A stretch of DNA of 63,917 bases, filler included, from an uncultured Methanoregulaceae archaeon (GTDB taxonomy: Archaea > Halobacteriota > Methanomicrobia > Methanomicrobiales > Methanospirillaceae), in the NCBI GenBank assembly GCA_964530035.1. It is 9 parts of 9 records of this genome, joined end to end, with 100 filler letters (N's around TTAATTAATTAA, not from the genome) between each part and the next. Parts side by side here need not be neighbours in the genome. Positions count along the whole stretch, not along the records: positions 22,632 to 30,012 come from CAZGXZ010000133.1; positions 30,113 to 37,459 come from CAZGXZ010000134.1; positions 37,560 to 44,887 come from CAZGXZ010000135.1; 6 more parts are not named here. One strand, 5' to 3'. Made by a program: the position numbers and the translations under genes. The notes beneath the pieces are model-generated. The model saw only the letters and a program-made list of their open reading frames with translations. It was not told where the DNA came from and searched no databases. Below are positions 28,378 through 38,949 of the stretch, piece by piece; the first letter of the stretch is position 1; every line of letters begins with the position of its first letter.

Positions 28378-29064
28378 TCAGCAGGACCCGGTCACGACAC
28401 CGTACAGGTCAGACCGGTACGGTATTGAGACACCGGAAAACCCTGCAGCCTCCATCATCCCGGCCTGGAGGTCATGGGTGGTCAGGAGCGGGAAGGTCCG
28501 CTCCCTGCTGGCAACCATCCCTGCGGCGACCTTTTCCGGGAGCCCGGACGAGACCATGTGATGATAGAAACGGTCCCGCCATTCCGATTCCTCCTCCCGG
28601 GTCCTGCCACGGAAGACATCGCCGTTCACGAACCGGCCCCCTGGCCGGAGGGAGTCCCGGACCTTGAGAAACAGGGACCTGCGGTCGTCGTCAGGGATAT
28701 GGTGGAGACAGAGGGTCGAGACGACCGCATCGAAGGTCCCGTCCGGCCAGGTCTCCCGGAAGTCCCCGGTTATCCATTCGACCCCGGACAACGCGGCCTT
28801 GCCCCGTGCAACGGCGACCATCGCGTCGCTCCGGTCGATGCAGGTGACCCGGGCATGAGGAAAACGTGGTATCATCATGAGGGTGAAGTATCCCGTCCCG
28901 CTGCCGAGCTCAAGGATGCGGGCTGCGTCCTGCGGGATGGCGGCGAGGACCGCCTCAAAAAAACGGTCGGCATGGGCGATGACATGCGGGATGACCTGGT
29001 CGTACTCCCGTGCATATCCGGTGAAGTCCTCCTCATCAGTCATTATGGTCTCAACCCCGTTCAT
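28378..29064 (-). CDS. Class I SAM-dependent methyltransferase (CmoA-like)
   Basis: ILELGSGTG, CIDRS, FDAVVSTLCLHH and LRPGGRFVNGD motifs. Confidence 0.9.
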   Translation of the reverse strand: MNGVETIMTDEEDFTGYAREYDQVIPHVIAHADRFFEAVLAAIPQDAARILELGSGTGYFTLMMIPRFPHARVTCIDRSDAMVAVARGKAALSGVEWITGDFRETWPDGTFDAVVSTLCLHHIPDDDRRSLFLKVRDSLRPGGRFVNGDVFRGRTREEESEWRDRFYHHMVSSGLPEKVAAGMVASRERTFPLLTTHDLQAGMMEAAGFSGVSIPYRSDLYGVVTGSC

Positions 29065-29292
29065 TGTTCATCCATGGCAGAAATATCCGCCGGTTATTTC
29101 CCCGGAAGGCATCCCGGCCCCCTCCCTGCAACCAGGGGACATGCCATTCGCGTGCGGGAAACATGGAAAACGTCCATGTAGTCATGTTCATCCACCGGTT
29201 CCCTGTTCCGAAAACAGGGACTCCCGCTGCGTATGCAGGTATCAGGCCACCCGTCCGCTCCATCCGGCAGCCGGCGGGAAACCCGGCCGCGG

Positions 29293-29637
29293 TCACAGGA
29301 GGTACAGCCCCGGGAGGACTGATGCGGCATTCATCAGCACCGAACATGCGAATGATTGTTTCAGGTCCAGGCCGAGGAACCGGTCCAGGACGACAGTTTC
29401 AATGCTGATGGCAAGCACCTCCCCGATAACCAGGTAATGCACGGCGTCGACATACGGGGGGAGGACGAACCAGAGGTATGGCAGGCTGAGGGCAGAGCAA
29501 AGGAGGCCGGTGCCCAGTATCCTGGCAGGGGAGGGCGTCTTTTCCCGGAAGAAGAAGTTTATCAGCACGAACAGGACGGGGACCTCGATGGCCCATGTAA
29601 TGACCAGGGCAAGCAGGAACCGGGTCTCGTAGAGCAT
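29293..29637 (-). CDS. Small 4-TM membrane protein
   Basis: ETRFLLALVITWAIEVPV...SLPYLW...GEVLAISIE...MNAAS..PG. Confidence 0.7.
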   Translation of the reverse strand: MLYETRFLLALVITWAIEVPVLFVLINFFFREKTPSPARILGTGLLCSALSLPYLWFVLPPYVDAVHYLVIGEVLAISIETVVLDRFLGLDLKQSFACSVLMNAASVLPGLYLL

Positions 29638-29638
29638 G

Positions 29639-30012
29639 TCAGCACCCGGCCCCGAAGAAGGCAAGGATCCGGCAGAACAGGGACTCCGGCAGGCCGCGGC
29701 CCGGGGGAGAAGGAGTGGTCGTGACGGGCAGCCGGTCCCCTGTTGTAGCTGCCTCCACGGTCATGACCGCGGATGAACCTTCATTTTTCCCGGGGGCCGT
29801 CGGAGTGCCTGAAGGGATCGTAAAACGTGATTCACATATCATTTCCGTATAATTGCAGGCATAATCGCAGGGGTGGTGCCAGGGCTCCACATCGGTGAAT
29901 GGCATGATGAGCGAGGGATCGGCAGCGACAAGGAAGGTGTTGCAGGGGTCCTCACCGGGCACGGCTGAAGAGTTCATACGGGTCCGGTAGGCGGCCATCT
30001 CCTTCAGGGGTG
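29639..30012 (-). CDS. Secreted or membrane hypothetical protein, 5'-truncated
   Basis: Cys-containing domain, Thr/Pro linker, and C-terminal FCRILAFFGAGC directly upstream of the membrane gene. Confidence 0.6.
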
Positions 30013-30112
30013 NNNNNNNNNNNNNNNNNNNNNNNNNNNNNNNNNNNNNNNNNNNNTTAATTAATTAANNNNNNNNNNNNNNNNNNNNNNNNNNNNNNNN
30101 NNNNNNNNNNNN

Positions 30113-30480
30113 TTTTAGAAGGGTAAAAACCTCGCCAAGGTCAGAAAAAGTGAGAAAAATAAACCCGAATAACAGTTATCAGGAAATCGCCAACGGCTTG
30201 CAATGGCTATCGTATGCAGGGGGTTTGGGGGGCGGCAGCCCCCCGGTTCCCATCTCTTTGATCCTCTGCTTGTTAAAAGTAAAAGCCAAAAAATCGACTC
30301 TATTAAAATGCAATGAACGGGAGTTCACACCAGAACCATGGAAATCCCCATACAAATATCCTAATTATGAGGCCATTTTTTGCATTTTCATAGGAAACCC
30401 CCTGATCAGAATCGCCGCTGAAGGAAACCTCTCATAATGGGGTGAATAAAATTGAAGATGTGGAGGATTTCAACAAAGCC
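30113..30480 (+). repeat. Copy of the composite MITE-like repeat (end of A, B, and C 30296-30480) at a contig start
   Basis: Contains ACGGCTTGCAATGGCTATCGTATGCAGGGGGTTTGGGGGGCGGCAGCCCCCCGG, identical to the 27947 copy; right end ATTTCAACAAAGCC. Confidence 0.85.
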
Positions 30481-30485
30481 CGGTT

Positions 30486-32270
30486 TTACATTTCTATCCG
30501 GGTCACGACCCCATGGATCCGGTGTGCCGGCAGCTTGTAGTACTGCACGAATGACGGGCAGAGACGCTTGATCGCGGTGAAAATCTTCCAGATGATGTTG
30601 TTCGTGACGATCTCCTCCATCCCGTAAAAGATCGTTTTCTCCTGTATCCCGGCTTCGAGAAGGATTTTCGGTACATCAATGACCTGCATGTACCCGTACT
30701 TGACGTACAGGATTCTCAGTCCCGGCGCGATCTCCATCCCATACTTCCAGCGGACTCCAAACGGGTGGTTGGTGATCTGGATCGAGACGATGATGTTCTG
30801 TTCGTATATGATTTCGTTGTCGAACATCGTGTGCGAAATATAGGCCGGGATTTTCATGAGGTCGCGTGCGAAAAACAGAGCGGTCCCCTTTACATGGTTC
30901 GCGGGCGGGTATGCCTCGTTGTACCGTACCAGGAACTCCTTTCTCGGCATGGGATTGAGTGCCTTGTAAAGGGCTCTCTGGCCTGACAGGTAGATCATGA
31001 CGACCGAGAACGGTATGGCAGCCATGATGAGGGACCAGTACCCGCCATGCGGGATCTTGGTCATCGTCGCAAGGAAATAAATCCCGTCGATTACCGTTAC
31101 GATGATGGCACACGCCGCGAAGGTCTTCGACCGCCGCAATATGAAGATCCAGGACATCAGGATACCTGTTATCAGCATCGTCCCGGTGACCGCGAGACCA
31201 TAGGCCCCGGCGAGGCGGTCTGAATACATAAAGGCGACGAGCACGATGAGGACGGCACCACATAGCAGCCAGTTGACCGCCCCGATATAAATCTGGGTGC
31301 GTAATTCCGTGGAGGTATACCCGATCTTCAGGAGAGGCAGGAGGTGTGTCGTGATCCCCTGGTACACTATGGAGAAAATCCCGCTGATCACTGCCTGGGA
31401 GGCGATGACGGTCGCAACGATCGAGAGGAGGAGGAATGGAAGGTACAGCAGCGGGGCCTGGAAGGCAACCAGCTCGAAAAACGGGTTCTTGACTCCCGCG
31501 TGGCTTGTCATGAAGGCGGCCTGCCCAAGATAGGAGATGGTGAGGGCCAGGAATACAAACACCCATGCGTGGCGGATCGGGTCCCTTCCCAGCTGGCCCA
31601 TGTCGGCAAAAAGGGCTTCTCCCCCGGTGGCACAGAGGATGACACTTGACAGGATGAAAAATCCTGCAATTCCGTTTCCAAGCGACCACGACACCGGGGT
31701 TGCTGATGATCCCGGCAATCCCGAAAACCGTGAGGGCTATGAACCAGATCAGCATGACCGGTCCGAAAGCCCCGGCCACCCGCTCGGTCCCTCTCCACTG
31801 GAAGGTAAAGAGGAGGATGGTGATGACCCCGGCCATGGTCACAAGGATCTCCTGGGAGATGACCTCGAACCTGGCAGGAGCCTGAAACCCTCGACCGCCG
31901 ATAGGATACTGATCGCAGGCGTGATAACACAGTCACCGATCATCAGTGAAACACCGACAATCGTGAGAAGGGTGACAATGGTAGCGGAACGACCGCTCCT
32001 GAGGAGGGGTAGGAGGATCTCGCGCAACATGATCGTCCCACCCTCACCGTGGTGGGAGATCCGCATGGCGAGGATGGCATACTGGACCGTAACGAGAAGA
32101 ATAAGCGTCCATATTATGAGAGACACGATGCCCAGGATGTTCTCCATGGTTGGCGGGACGAGGAGGACCACGACCGCGAAGGTGTATATCGGGCTTGTTC
32201 CGATGTCTCCGAAAACAAGTCCCATGGCCTTCACGGCACGAAATACAACCTGGTGCAGGTGGCGGCGCAT
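30486..32270 (-). pseudogene. kup: KUP/HAK/KT potassium uptake transporter, frameshifted
   Basis: GLVFGDIGTSPIY, GEGGT, ITPAISILSAVEG, FGPVML.WF, TGGEALFADMG and ATVIASQAVISG are spread over three ORFs; shifts near 31870 and 31682. Confidence 0.88.
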
Positions 32271-32933
32271 CTGTGATCAAGCCTCATCCGTGAAGGGATA
32301 TGAGTGCATCGGAATGCCGGCGGGTAAGGAACCAGCCGGGTTTACGCCTCGCGACCACAAAACCTGATCACAAACAGGAATACGCCCTGAAAACGCTCCA
32401 TGCCGGTCTCTTTATTGTATCTGCTGCAGGACCGTGCGACAGGGATGCCTTCCGCGATACAGGTGATTATCCAGCTGTGGTTTTGATTTTCAATATCCTG
32501 TTGCCGGTATCCTTTATTTTACCCAGGCATACTGCCGGCCAGGTCCTCCCGGCCTAGGGTGAGCGCGCATAACCTGGATGCATGGTACCCCTGCCAAGGG
32601 GATTACTTCAAAAAAAGTGAGGTCATAACGGTATTCTGCCGCGTACTCTATTCCCTGGGACTCACCTTTGTCCGGCTGTCCGTGAGCCCCGGTGGTACAT
32701 GCCTATCATCGGCCTTTCCTGGAGTCTATTCCAATTCTATGCTTTTTTCTGGGTTTCCTGGCTGATGCGTACAGCATGCCCTCCTTCCTGGTGGAATAAA
32801 ACCAAATGCCGGGGGATCCGGAGGTTATCAGCATTTGAGCCCTCATTCATGCGATGCTTTTAAACATCCCCATTCGCATGACAATGAAGATATACAGGGC
32901 CATGAATAACCTTGTACCGGAGGATTCTAAGGC

Positions 32934-33389
32934 ATGGATGCAGATCAGTACAAGAAGATCATCAAGGATGCAATCAACAAGGAAGTAGAGGCGTACACCT
33001 TCTACCGCACGGTTGCTGATAAGGCCAAGGACACGGCCTTAAAGAACATGTTTGGGGAGCTTGCAGGCGAGGAAAAGAAACACCGCGAGCTCCTCGAGGA
33101 CTTCCTCACCAAAGATGTCAAGGAGATGCACTTCAATGCGTCACGCGACTATAAGGTGGCGGACAGCCTCGAAACGAAGGCGCTGACACCTGACATGAAG
33201 CCCCTTGACGGGCTTGTCCTTGCCATCAGGAGAGAGCTTGAGGCCATGCAGATGTACTCGCAGCTTGCAGCCCTTTCCGATGACGCGGCACAGAAAAAGC
33301 TTTTTACAGAGCTGGCTTCAATGGAACGCGGGCACAAGGCACGCCTTGAGGATATCTACACGAACATGGCGTTTCCCGAGTCCTGGTAA
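32934..33389 (+). CDS. Ferritin-like / rubrerythrin-family protein
   Basis: AINKEVEAYTFY..EEKKH and AIRRELEAMQMY..MERGH diiron motifs; GGAGG RBS. Confidence 0.9.
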   Translation: MDADQYKKIIKDAINKEVEAYTFYRTVADKAKDTALKNMFGELAGEEKKHRELLEDFLTKDVKEMHFNASRDYKVADSLETKALTPDMKPLDGLVLAIRRELEAMQMYSQLAALSDDAAQKKLFTELASMERGHKARLEDIYTNMAFPESW

Positions 33390-33763
33390 ACCAGGAACCT
33401 CGTTCCTTTTCTCTATCACTTCGTTCTTGCAAACCTCGTGACTTGGAAGAACTCTTGCCGGTCCGGTCCCCTGTCGTGGAAAAAGCTGGATGGCGGAAAC
33501 CACGGGGTCGCCCTTTTAACAAGCCCGGAGGGTCGGACCGGGTTCACACTCGGCCGATGAACATCTGTGGATATGTGAATGTTTTCCATTCCTGGTCACC
33601 TTTCAGCGAAACCTTTCATGCGTGCCTCGATCACAGGTGAAGTTTGAGCGCCGCCATCTGCACGGATCGCATCAGCAGGTCCGTCTGTCCTTCCATGCAT
33701 GAAAGCTCCCCAATGGACCTGATGAATCAAAAACCATAATCCCTGTACTGATAATACACTGTT

Positions 33764-34942
33764 ATGCGAACATCCGGACGCCTCCCCGCAGGAGGGGTAT
33801 TTTTCATACTTCTTATCGTCCTTGGAGCGCTGCTGATGTCAGCAGGGTGCTCAGGAAACGAAAAAACAACGACGCCTGTCGCGACGCCTGTCCCTACCGC
33901 CCCGCCGACGCAGGGTACCCCGGCCGAATCAAATGCACTTCACCCGGGTGACGTTGTCCGCGGGACGAATATAACCGAAACGGCATGGCTCGTGCTCAAG
34001 TACTACCCGTCAAAGGACCAGTATGCGGTGATTGAGGTCCAGAAAATTGATGTAAGGCTCCCCGACCGCTGGACGAAAGGCTACATGCCAGTCAATGTCC
34101 GGGCAACAATCGAGCCGAGGGTCAGGATTGAACAGAACTACCCGGTACGGGTCGAGACCATCAACCTGACCGATCCATGTCCTGATATCGGGTCTTCGGA
34201 CCTTATCTGCGGGAACAATGCGGCGAGGTTCATCGAACGTGCAGAAGTCACCCCCATGACCACCCGGCCGACACAGCCCCCTGCAACTGCCACACCGGTC
34301 ATGCAGGTCACGACCGCGACCCCGCAAAGTACTGCCTCAGCCGAAACCGTAAAGCCGACCGGTACCGCGGCCCCCGGACCGTTCGAAGACCATAAGTTCA
34401 ACCCCGGTGATATCGACAGTGCCGGTGACCTGACCCTCTATTACGACAACACGACCGGGTACTACTTCTACACCCCTGTCAGTTTCAGCATCGATACCAT
34501 GAGATGGTCTCCCGGGAAGTCCATGATCCCGCAGAAGATGGAACGTGACCGCTACGAGGCGACGATAGTGGCGAACGGTGCCAAGAGGAGCAAGATCGCC
34601 CACTTCGAGGAAGCAGACGTCCAGGCCCGTTACAGTGGATTCAAAGCACGCGAGGCCGTGCGTGCAACCACTACCGCTCAAAAGCCGTTCTACCGCACGG
34701 GTGACATCATCAACGAGGCCCCGTGGATAAGTCCGGCATGGCTCATAAGCAGTTATGACCAACCCAGCGACTCCTACCATTACATCCCGATATTCCCGTA
34801 TGAAAACGCGACATACGGCTTCAACTACGAGAAGTCATATTCCCAGGTCGGACAGCAGAACCGTCCCGGCCTCGAGGCGAACCTACCCTACCTGGTCGGG
34901 CACATCAACATGACCGACCTGTACACCATCAGGCCCGAGTAG
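33764..34942 (+). CDS. Lipoprotein-like surface protein with three internal repeats
   Basis: Lipobox LMSAGC; Thr/Pro linkers; three (P/T)GD(I/V)...L..Y....(D/G).Y units. Confidence 0.75.
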   Translation: MRTSGRLPAGGVFFILLIVLGALLMSAGCSGNEKTTTPVATPVPTAPPTQGTPAESNALHPGDVVRGTNITETAWLVLKYYPSKDQYAVIEVQKIDVRLPDRWTKGYMPVNVRATIEPRVRIEQNYPVRVETINLTDPCPDIGSSDLICGNNAARFIERAEVTPMTTRPTQPPATATPVMQVTTATPQSTASAETVKPTGTAAPGPFEDHKFNPGDIDSAGDLTLYYDNTTGYYFYTPVSFSIDTMRWSPGKSMIPQKMERDRYEATIVANGAKRSKIAHFEEADVQARYSGFKAREAVRATTTAQKPFYRTGDIINEAPWISPAWLISSYDQPSDSYHYIPIFPYENATYGFNYEKSYSQVGQQNRPGLEANLPYLVGHINMTDLYTIRPE

Positions 34943-35101
34943 GCTTCATACTGTTTCCCCTTTTTCGTGGATGCCGCAAGGTTGGGTCCAACAGGGGCAT
35001 TCCTGACCCTGGGACCACCATTTGTTTTCCTGCCGGGCTGAGAAAAATCAGCAATGTTTTTAACGGGTCCGGTAGTTATCAAGGTGAGTGGATCGAAAAA
35101 C

Positions 35102-35761
35102 ATGCAGAGAAGAAGCCTGGTTTTTACCATCATAGTCGTCCTCCTTGTCGGAGGGGCCGTTATCGCCCCGGCATCCGCCACCCTTGCCCTCGCTGACTCA
35201 ACAGTCACGAGCCAGACACCCGGTGCGAATACAACAGCCCTGGCACCCGGTACTGCCGTTGACTGTTCGGCGGTCATCATGATCATTCCCTCGGGAGCGA
35301 CGACCTTCTCCCAGGGCCATACCCTGCAGTTGACGACCGGGCTCCTTGCCGCCCGCTGGAACGTCCAGGTCTTTGTTGACTCGGTCCCTGCGGCGACGGT
35401 CCCCCAGAACGGCAACGTGGTCTTCATCAACGGATATCTCCTGTCGTACCCAACGGGAAAGGACGTGAGCGTACAGGCTGCGGTAACAGGTACTGTCCCC
35501 CAGGCAGATACCGCAACCGTCCTTACCGTTATGCAGGCGACAGAGCTTGATAACAGTGGCAACCCGGTCCCGGGTTCGGTTGTAACGGTTGAACGTCAGA
35601 TCGTGCCGCCGGTGGCCACGCCGGGTCAGCAGGCCCCGGTCCAGGCCGGGACTACGCCCGCTCCAACGAAAAGCCCTGGTTTTTACCTTGTATCCGGGGT
35701 TTTTGCGCTCTGCGTCGGGGTTGCCCTTGTGGGGGTCTCCAGGAGAAAAGGCCGGTCCTGA
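35102..35761 (+). CDS. PGF-CTERM (archaeosortase substrate) surface protein
   Basis: Signal peptide; C-terminal PTKSPGF, TM helix and RRKGR. Confidence 0.8.
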   Translation: MQRRSLVFTIIVVLLVGGAVIAPASATLALADSTVTSQTPGANTTALAPGTAVDCSAVIMIIPSGATTFSQGHTLQLTTGLLAARWNVQVFVDSVPAATVPQNGNVVFINGYLLSYPTGKDVSVQAAVTGTVPQADTATVLTVMQATELDNSGNPVPGSVVTVERQIVPPVATPGQQAPVQAGTTPAPTKSPGFYLVSGVFALCVGVALVGVSRRKGRS

Positions 35762-36205
35762 AATCGCGGTTCAGGGGAAAAGGACTCGTGGGACCTGCTC
35801 CCTTGCGGCAGGGCTCTCTGTTTTTATTCAACAACCTGAACCGGTATATTTCCTGGTCGTACCCTGTGGTTCTGGTCTTCCCGGGGTGCACCTCTCACAC
35901 CCGGAGAATGCTGGGCATCCAGTCCCCGGAATACCCGTATCTTCGATGAGAATCATTCAGGAGATACCCTGCTGGTCCCGAGACAGGGATCCGGCTCTCT
36001 GGACCGTACTTCTTCTCCTTTCAATCCTTGTTGGAGTGCGTGGCCAGCATGAACAGGTGGATAATTTTGGGACAGATAGCCTGGTGAAAGGCTGATAATG
36101 GTCCGGCCAGGCGGCAGTCGTGGCAGGATGTAGTTTCCCTGTCTGCTGGTGACATCGGGAGGGGATAATGCCACAGTACGGTGGAGGCCCCGATGAGGAG
36201 GGTTC

Positions 36206-36703
36206 ATGAGTGTTGATAATCAACCGATATATGAACCCGGTGGAGTCTCCCGGGTACCAGGAAGGATAAGACCTGAAATGATCCCCGATCTCAATAAAAT
36301 CTTCGTCCGTGCAGTAATCACCGTCCTGCTCGTACTTATGGCGGTCGTCGTCGTATTCTCGGTGGTGGAACTCATACGGGTCATCTTCATCGGGCTGTTT
36401 CACCCGCCAAACCCAATACCGTTTCTTGAACAAGGGGAACTGCTTGAGGTGTTCGGTCTGTTCCTCCTCGTCCTGATCGGGATAGAACTCATGGAGGCTA
36501 TCAGGATGTATATCGTAGAGAACGTGATCCACGTGGAGATCGTGCTCGTCCTTGCCATCATCGCCGTTGCCAGGAAGGTCATCATCCTTGACCCGAAGTC
36601 TACCGATTCAGCAGCAATGCTTGGTATTGCCGCCATCCTCATCGCCCTTACGGCAGGGTACTTCCTCCTGAAAAAAGCCGGTCTCCGGGTCCCCCAGATC
36701 TGA
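36206..36703 (+). CDS. PsiE-family membrane protein
   Basis: FGLFLLVLIGIELME...IHVEIVLVLAIIAVARKVIILD. Confidence 0.85.
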   Translation: MSVDNQPIYEPGGVSRVPGRIRPEMIPDLNKIFVRAVITVLLVLMAVVVVFSVVELIRVIFIGLFHPPNPIPFLEQGELLEVFGLFLLVLIGIELMEAIRMYIVENVIHVEIVLVLAIIAVARKVIILDPKSTDSAAMLGIAAILIALTAGYFLLKKAGLRVPQI

Positions 36704-37117
36704 AGGTCCGGAGTATTTACTCCCCCTTTCCCTACCTTTTTCTGCCTGATGCAGGGCATTGGGTCGTGTGACCTGGATACGCCCCTCAGGAAAAAGGTTC
36801 AAGGGAGGGGGCCGGGTCTGGTATAACAATCCCGTATACCTTGTTGCTGATAGATACGCCGGGGGGTTGGGTTACCTCCATTTGTTTGATTATGACCGGG
36901 GACACCCGTGGCCCTCGGCACTTTAGCCGCATGTCCGGTATCGCGGGACCGCCTGTACGTGAAGAAAGCAGAAGCCCAGGTATCATTATCCAGACCGTTC
37001 TGATTTGCAGGATGTGACTGTCACGGAGGCCGACCCGGAGAGCTACCGACCTTCGATATATATCGCACCATATGGTTTAATCGATAAAAGCCTCCTTTTC
37101 TGACTGGTTTTTTCAAT

Positions 37118-37267
37118 CCCCCATGAAAACACTTATCCGCGGATATTTTTATGAAAAGAAGCAGCAATGCTCTCCCCCGACTGCCTCGTAATCTCACTGA
37201 TTGGGCATATCGGCAAGGAGAGCAAATCTATCATGGAAGTCCGTGGATAAAAAACTGTGTATGGGGG
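37118..37267 (+). ncRNA. Candidate long hairpin RNA or palindromic element
   Basis: Nested pairings CCCCCAT/ATGGGGG, TTATCCGCGGA/TCCGTGGATAA, TTTATGA/TCATGGA, TGCTCTCC/GGAGAGCA, CCGA/TCGG and TGCC/GGCA. Confidence 0.45.
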
Positions 37268-37323
37268 CGAATCTTCATTCCTCATTCAATTAGAATTTAA
37301 TACAGGCCTGAAATCCAAAATAA

Positions 37324-37459
37324 GGCTCTGTAGAAATCCTCCATATCTTTCATGTAATCGCCCCAGAAAGATCCCCCTCACCTGCAATTCAGGTCATAGG
37401 TTGCAACAGAGCCGATTTTTTAATTTTCATCCTGAACAGGCAGAGGATGAAAGGGATTC
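37324..37459 (-). mobile_element. 90-bp mini-MITE (37324-37413) plus flanking module-B sequence up to the contig end
   Basis: Terminal inverted repeats GGCTCTGTAGAAA / TTGCAACAGAGCC; flank similar to 7391-7440. Confidence 0.7.
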
Positions 37460-37559
37460 NNNNNNNNNNNNNNNNNNNNNNNNNNNNNNNNNNNNNNNNN
37501 NNNTTAATTAATTAANNNNNNNNNNNNNNNNNNNNNNNNNNNNNNNNNNNNNNNNNNNN

Positions 37560-37852
<293 letters not shown>

Positions 37853-38076
37853 TCAATCAGAGAGAACTCCTGAGAAATGACCCTCCCATGGCCCCCGGCC
37901 CGGAGGGAGGTAGGGTTATCGGTACCCGGGACCTCCTGTTCCCCAGGGGGATTTTCTGGGCATGGTCCGTCTGCAATCTGGTTAGTTGAACCCGGGCATA
38001 GTTAACTTAATGGTGCGGGCACTGGCCGGAATGAAACCAGGTACTGCAACACGTCTTTTTCCAAGCCCGGTTTCCC

Positions 38077-38790
38077 TCACCAGTCCTTCTTCATCGCCTC
38101 GGCTTTCAGGTCCCCGGGCATCAGCTCAATGGCATAGCGGAGGGCGGTCCTTGGCATCTCCCGTTTGTTCTTCATGACATACCGGAAGACCTCCTCCTGG
38201 TGGTGGCGGCTTGCCTCCTTGAGGAGCCATCCGTATCCCTTCCGTACCATGTCGTCTTCATCGGTGAGGAGCCGGTCGGCGATCCTGATGGCGTCCTCAA
38301 GGTGCTTTCCGTGTTTTGCCGGTATGATGAGCGATACGGCGGCAGCCCTCCGCATCCAGCGGTTTTCCGAGCCGGTCCACCTGATTAGTTCCGTGATCGT
38401 TTCAGGGTATTGTTCCACGAACTCTCCCATCGTGTGATTGCAGAAGCCGTCGCAGGAGGCCCAGTTGGTGATGTACGTATCTATCCACCGCCGGAACACC
38501 GGGAGGTCCGAGGGCTCGTACCGGTTGCGGAGGGCGTAGGCCCAGCTGGACACGATGAACGACTCCTCCATCATCCCTGATTGGTACAGGTCCTCGCAGA
38601 GGGCGAATATCTCCTGCTTGTCCCGTTGTTTCACCTCCTTCCAGTACTTCCTTGCAAGAGCCGTGACCGCCGCGGTCTTCATGCCGTAGCACCGTATCTC
38701 CTCCTTGAAAAAGCGTTGTGATGTTGCCTGAATGCCAGGGTCCGCACTGGCGGCCAGTTCCTGGCGTATGGCCTGGATGATTGGGTCCAT
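38077..38790 (-). CDS. DNA alkylation repair protein (AlkD-like HEAT-repeat glycosylase)
   Basis: NWASCD, W..SENRWMRR, DEDDMVRKGYGW.LKE and MPRTALRYAIE motifs. Confidence 0.88.
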   Translation of the reverse strand: MDPIIQAIRQELAASADPGIQATSQRFFKEEIRCYGMKTAAVTALARKYWKEVKQRDKQEIFALCEDLYQSGMMEESFIVSSWAYALRNRYEPSDLPVFRRWIDTYITNWASCDGFCNHTMGEFVEQYPETITELIRWTGSENRWMRRAAAVSLIIPAKHGKHLEDAIRIADRLLTDEDDMVRKGYGWLLKEASRHHQEEVFRYVMKNKREMPRTALRYAIELMPGDLKAEAMKKDW

Positions 38791-38949
38791 TGAAGTACAA
38801 TCTGGAGCCGGGTGAAAGATAGGGATGACGATATGCTTCTTCCCGTGCAGCCCGTACAGGAACCATGGAACTGGGTGATTTTCACCAGCCCGTCAGGCGG
38901 GAGAATCCTTGAAAACCTGGAAAGCAGGGGATGAAGCCCCGCTCATGGT

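Noticed and set aside
30113..30186. Joining the contig end at 52249 to the contig start at 30113
   Set aside because: The overlap has several mismatches, so these are different repeat copies.
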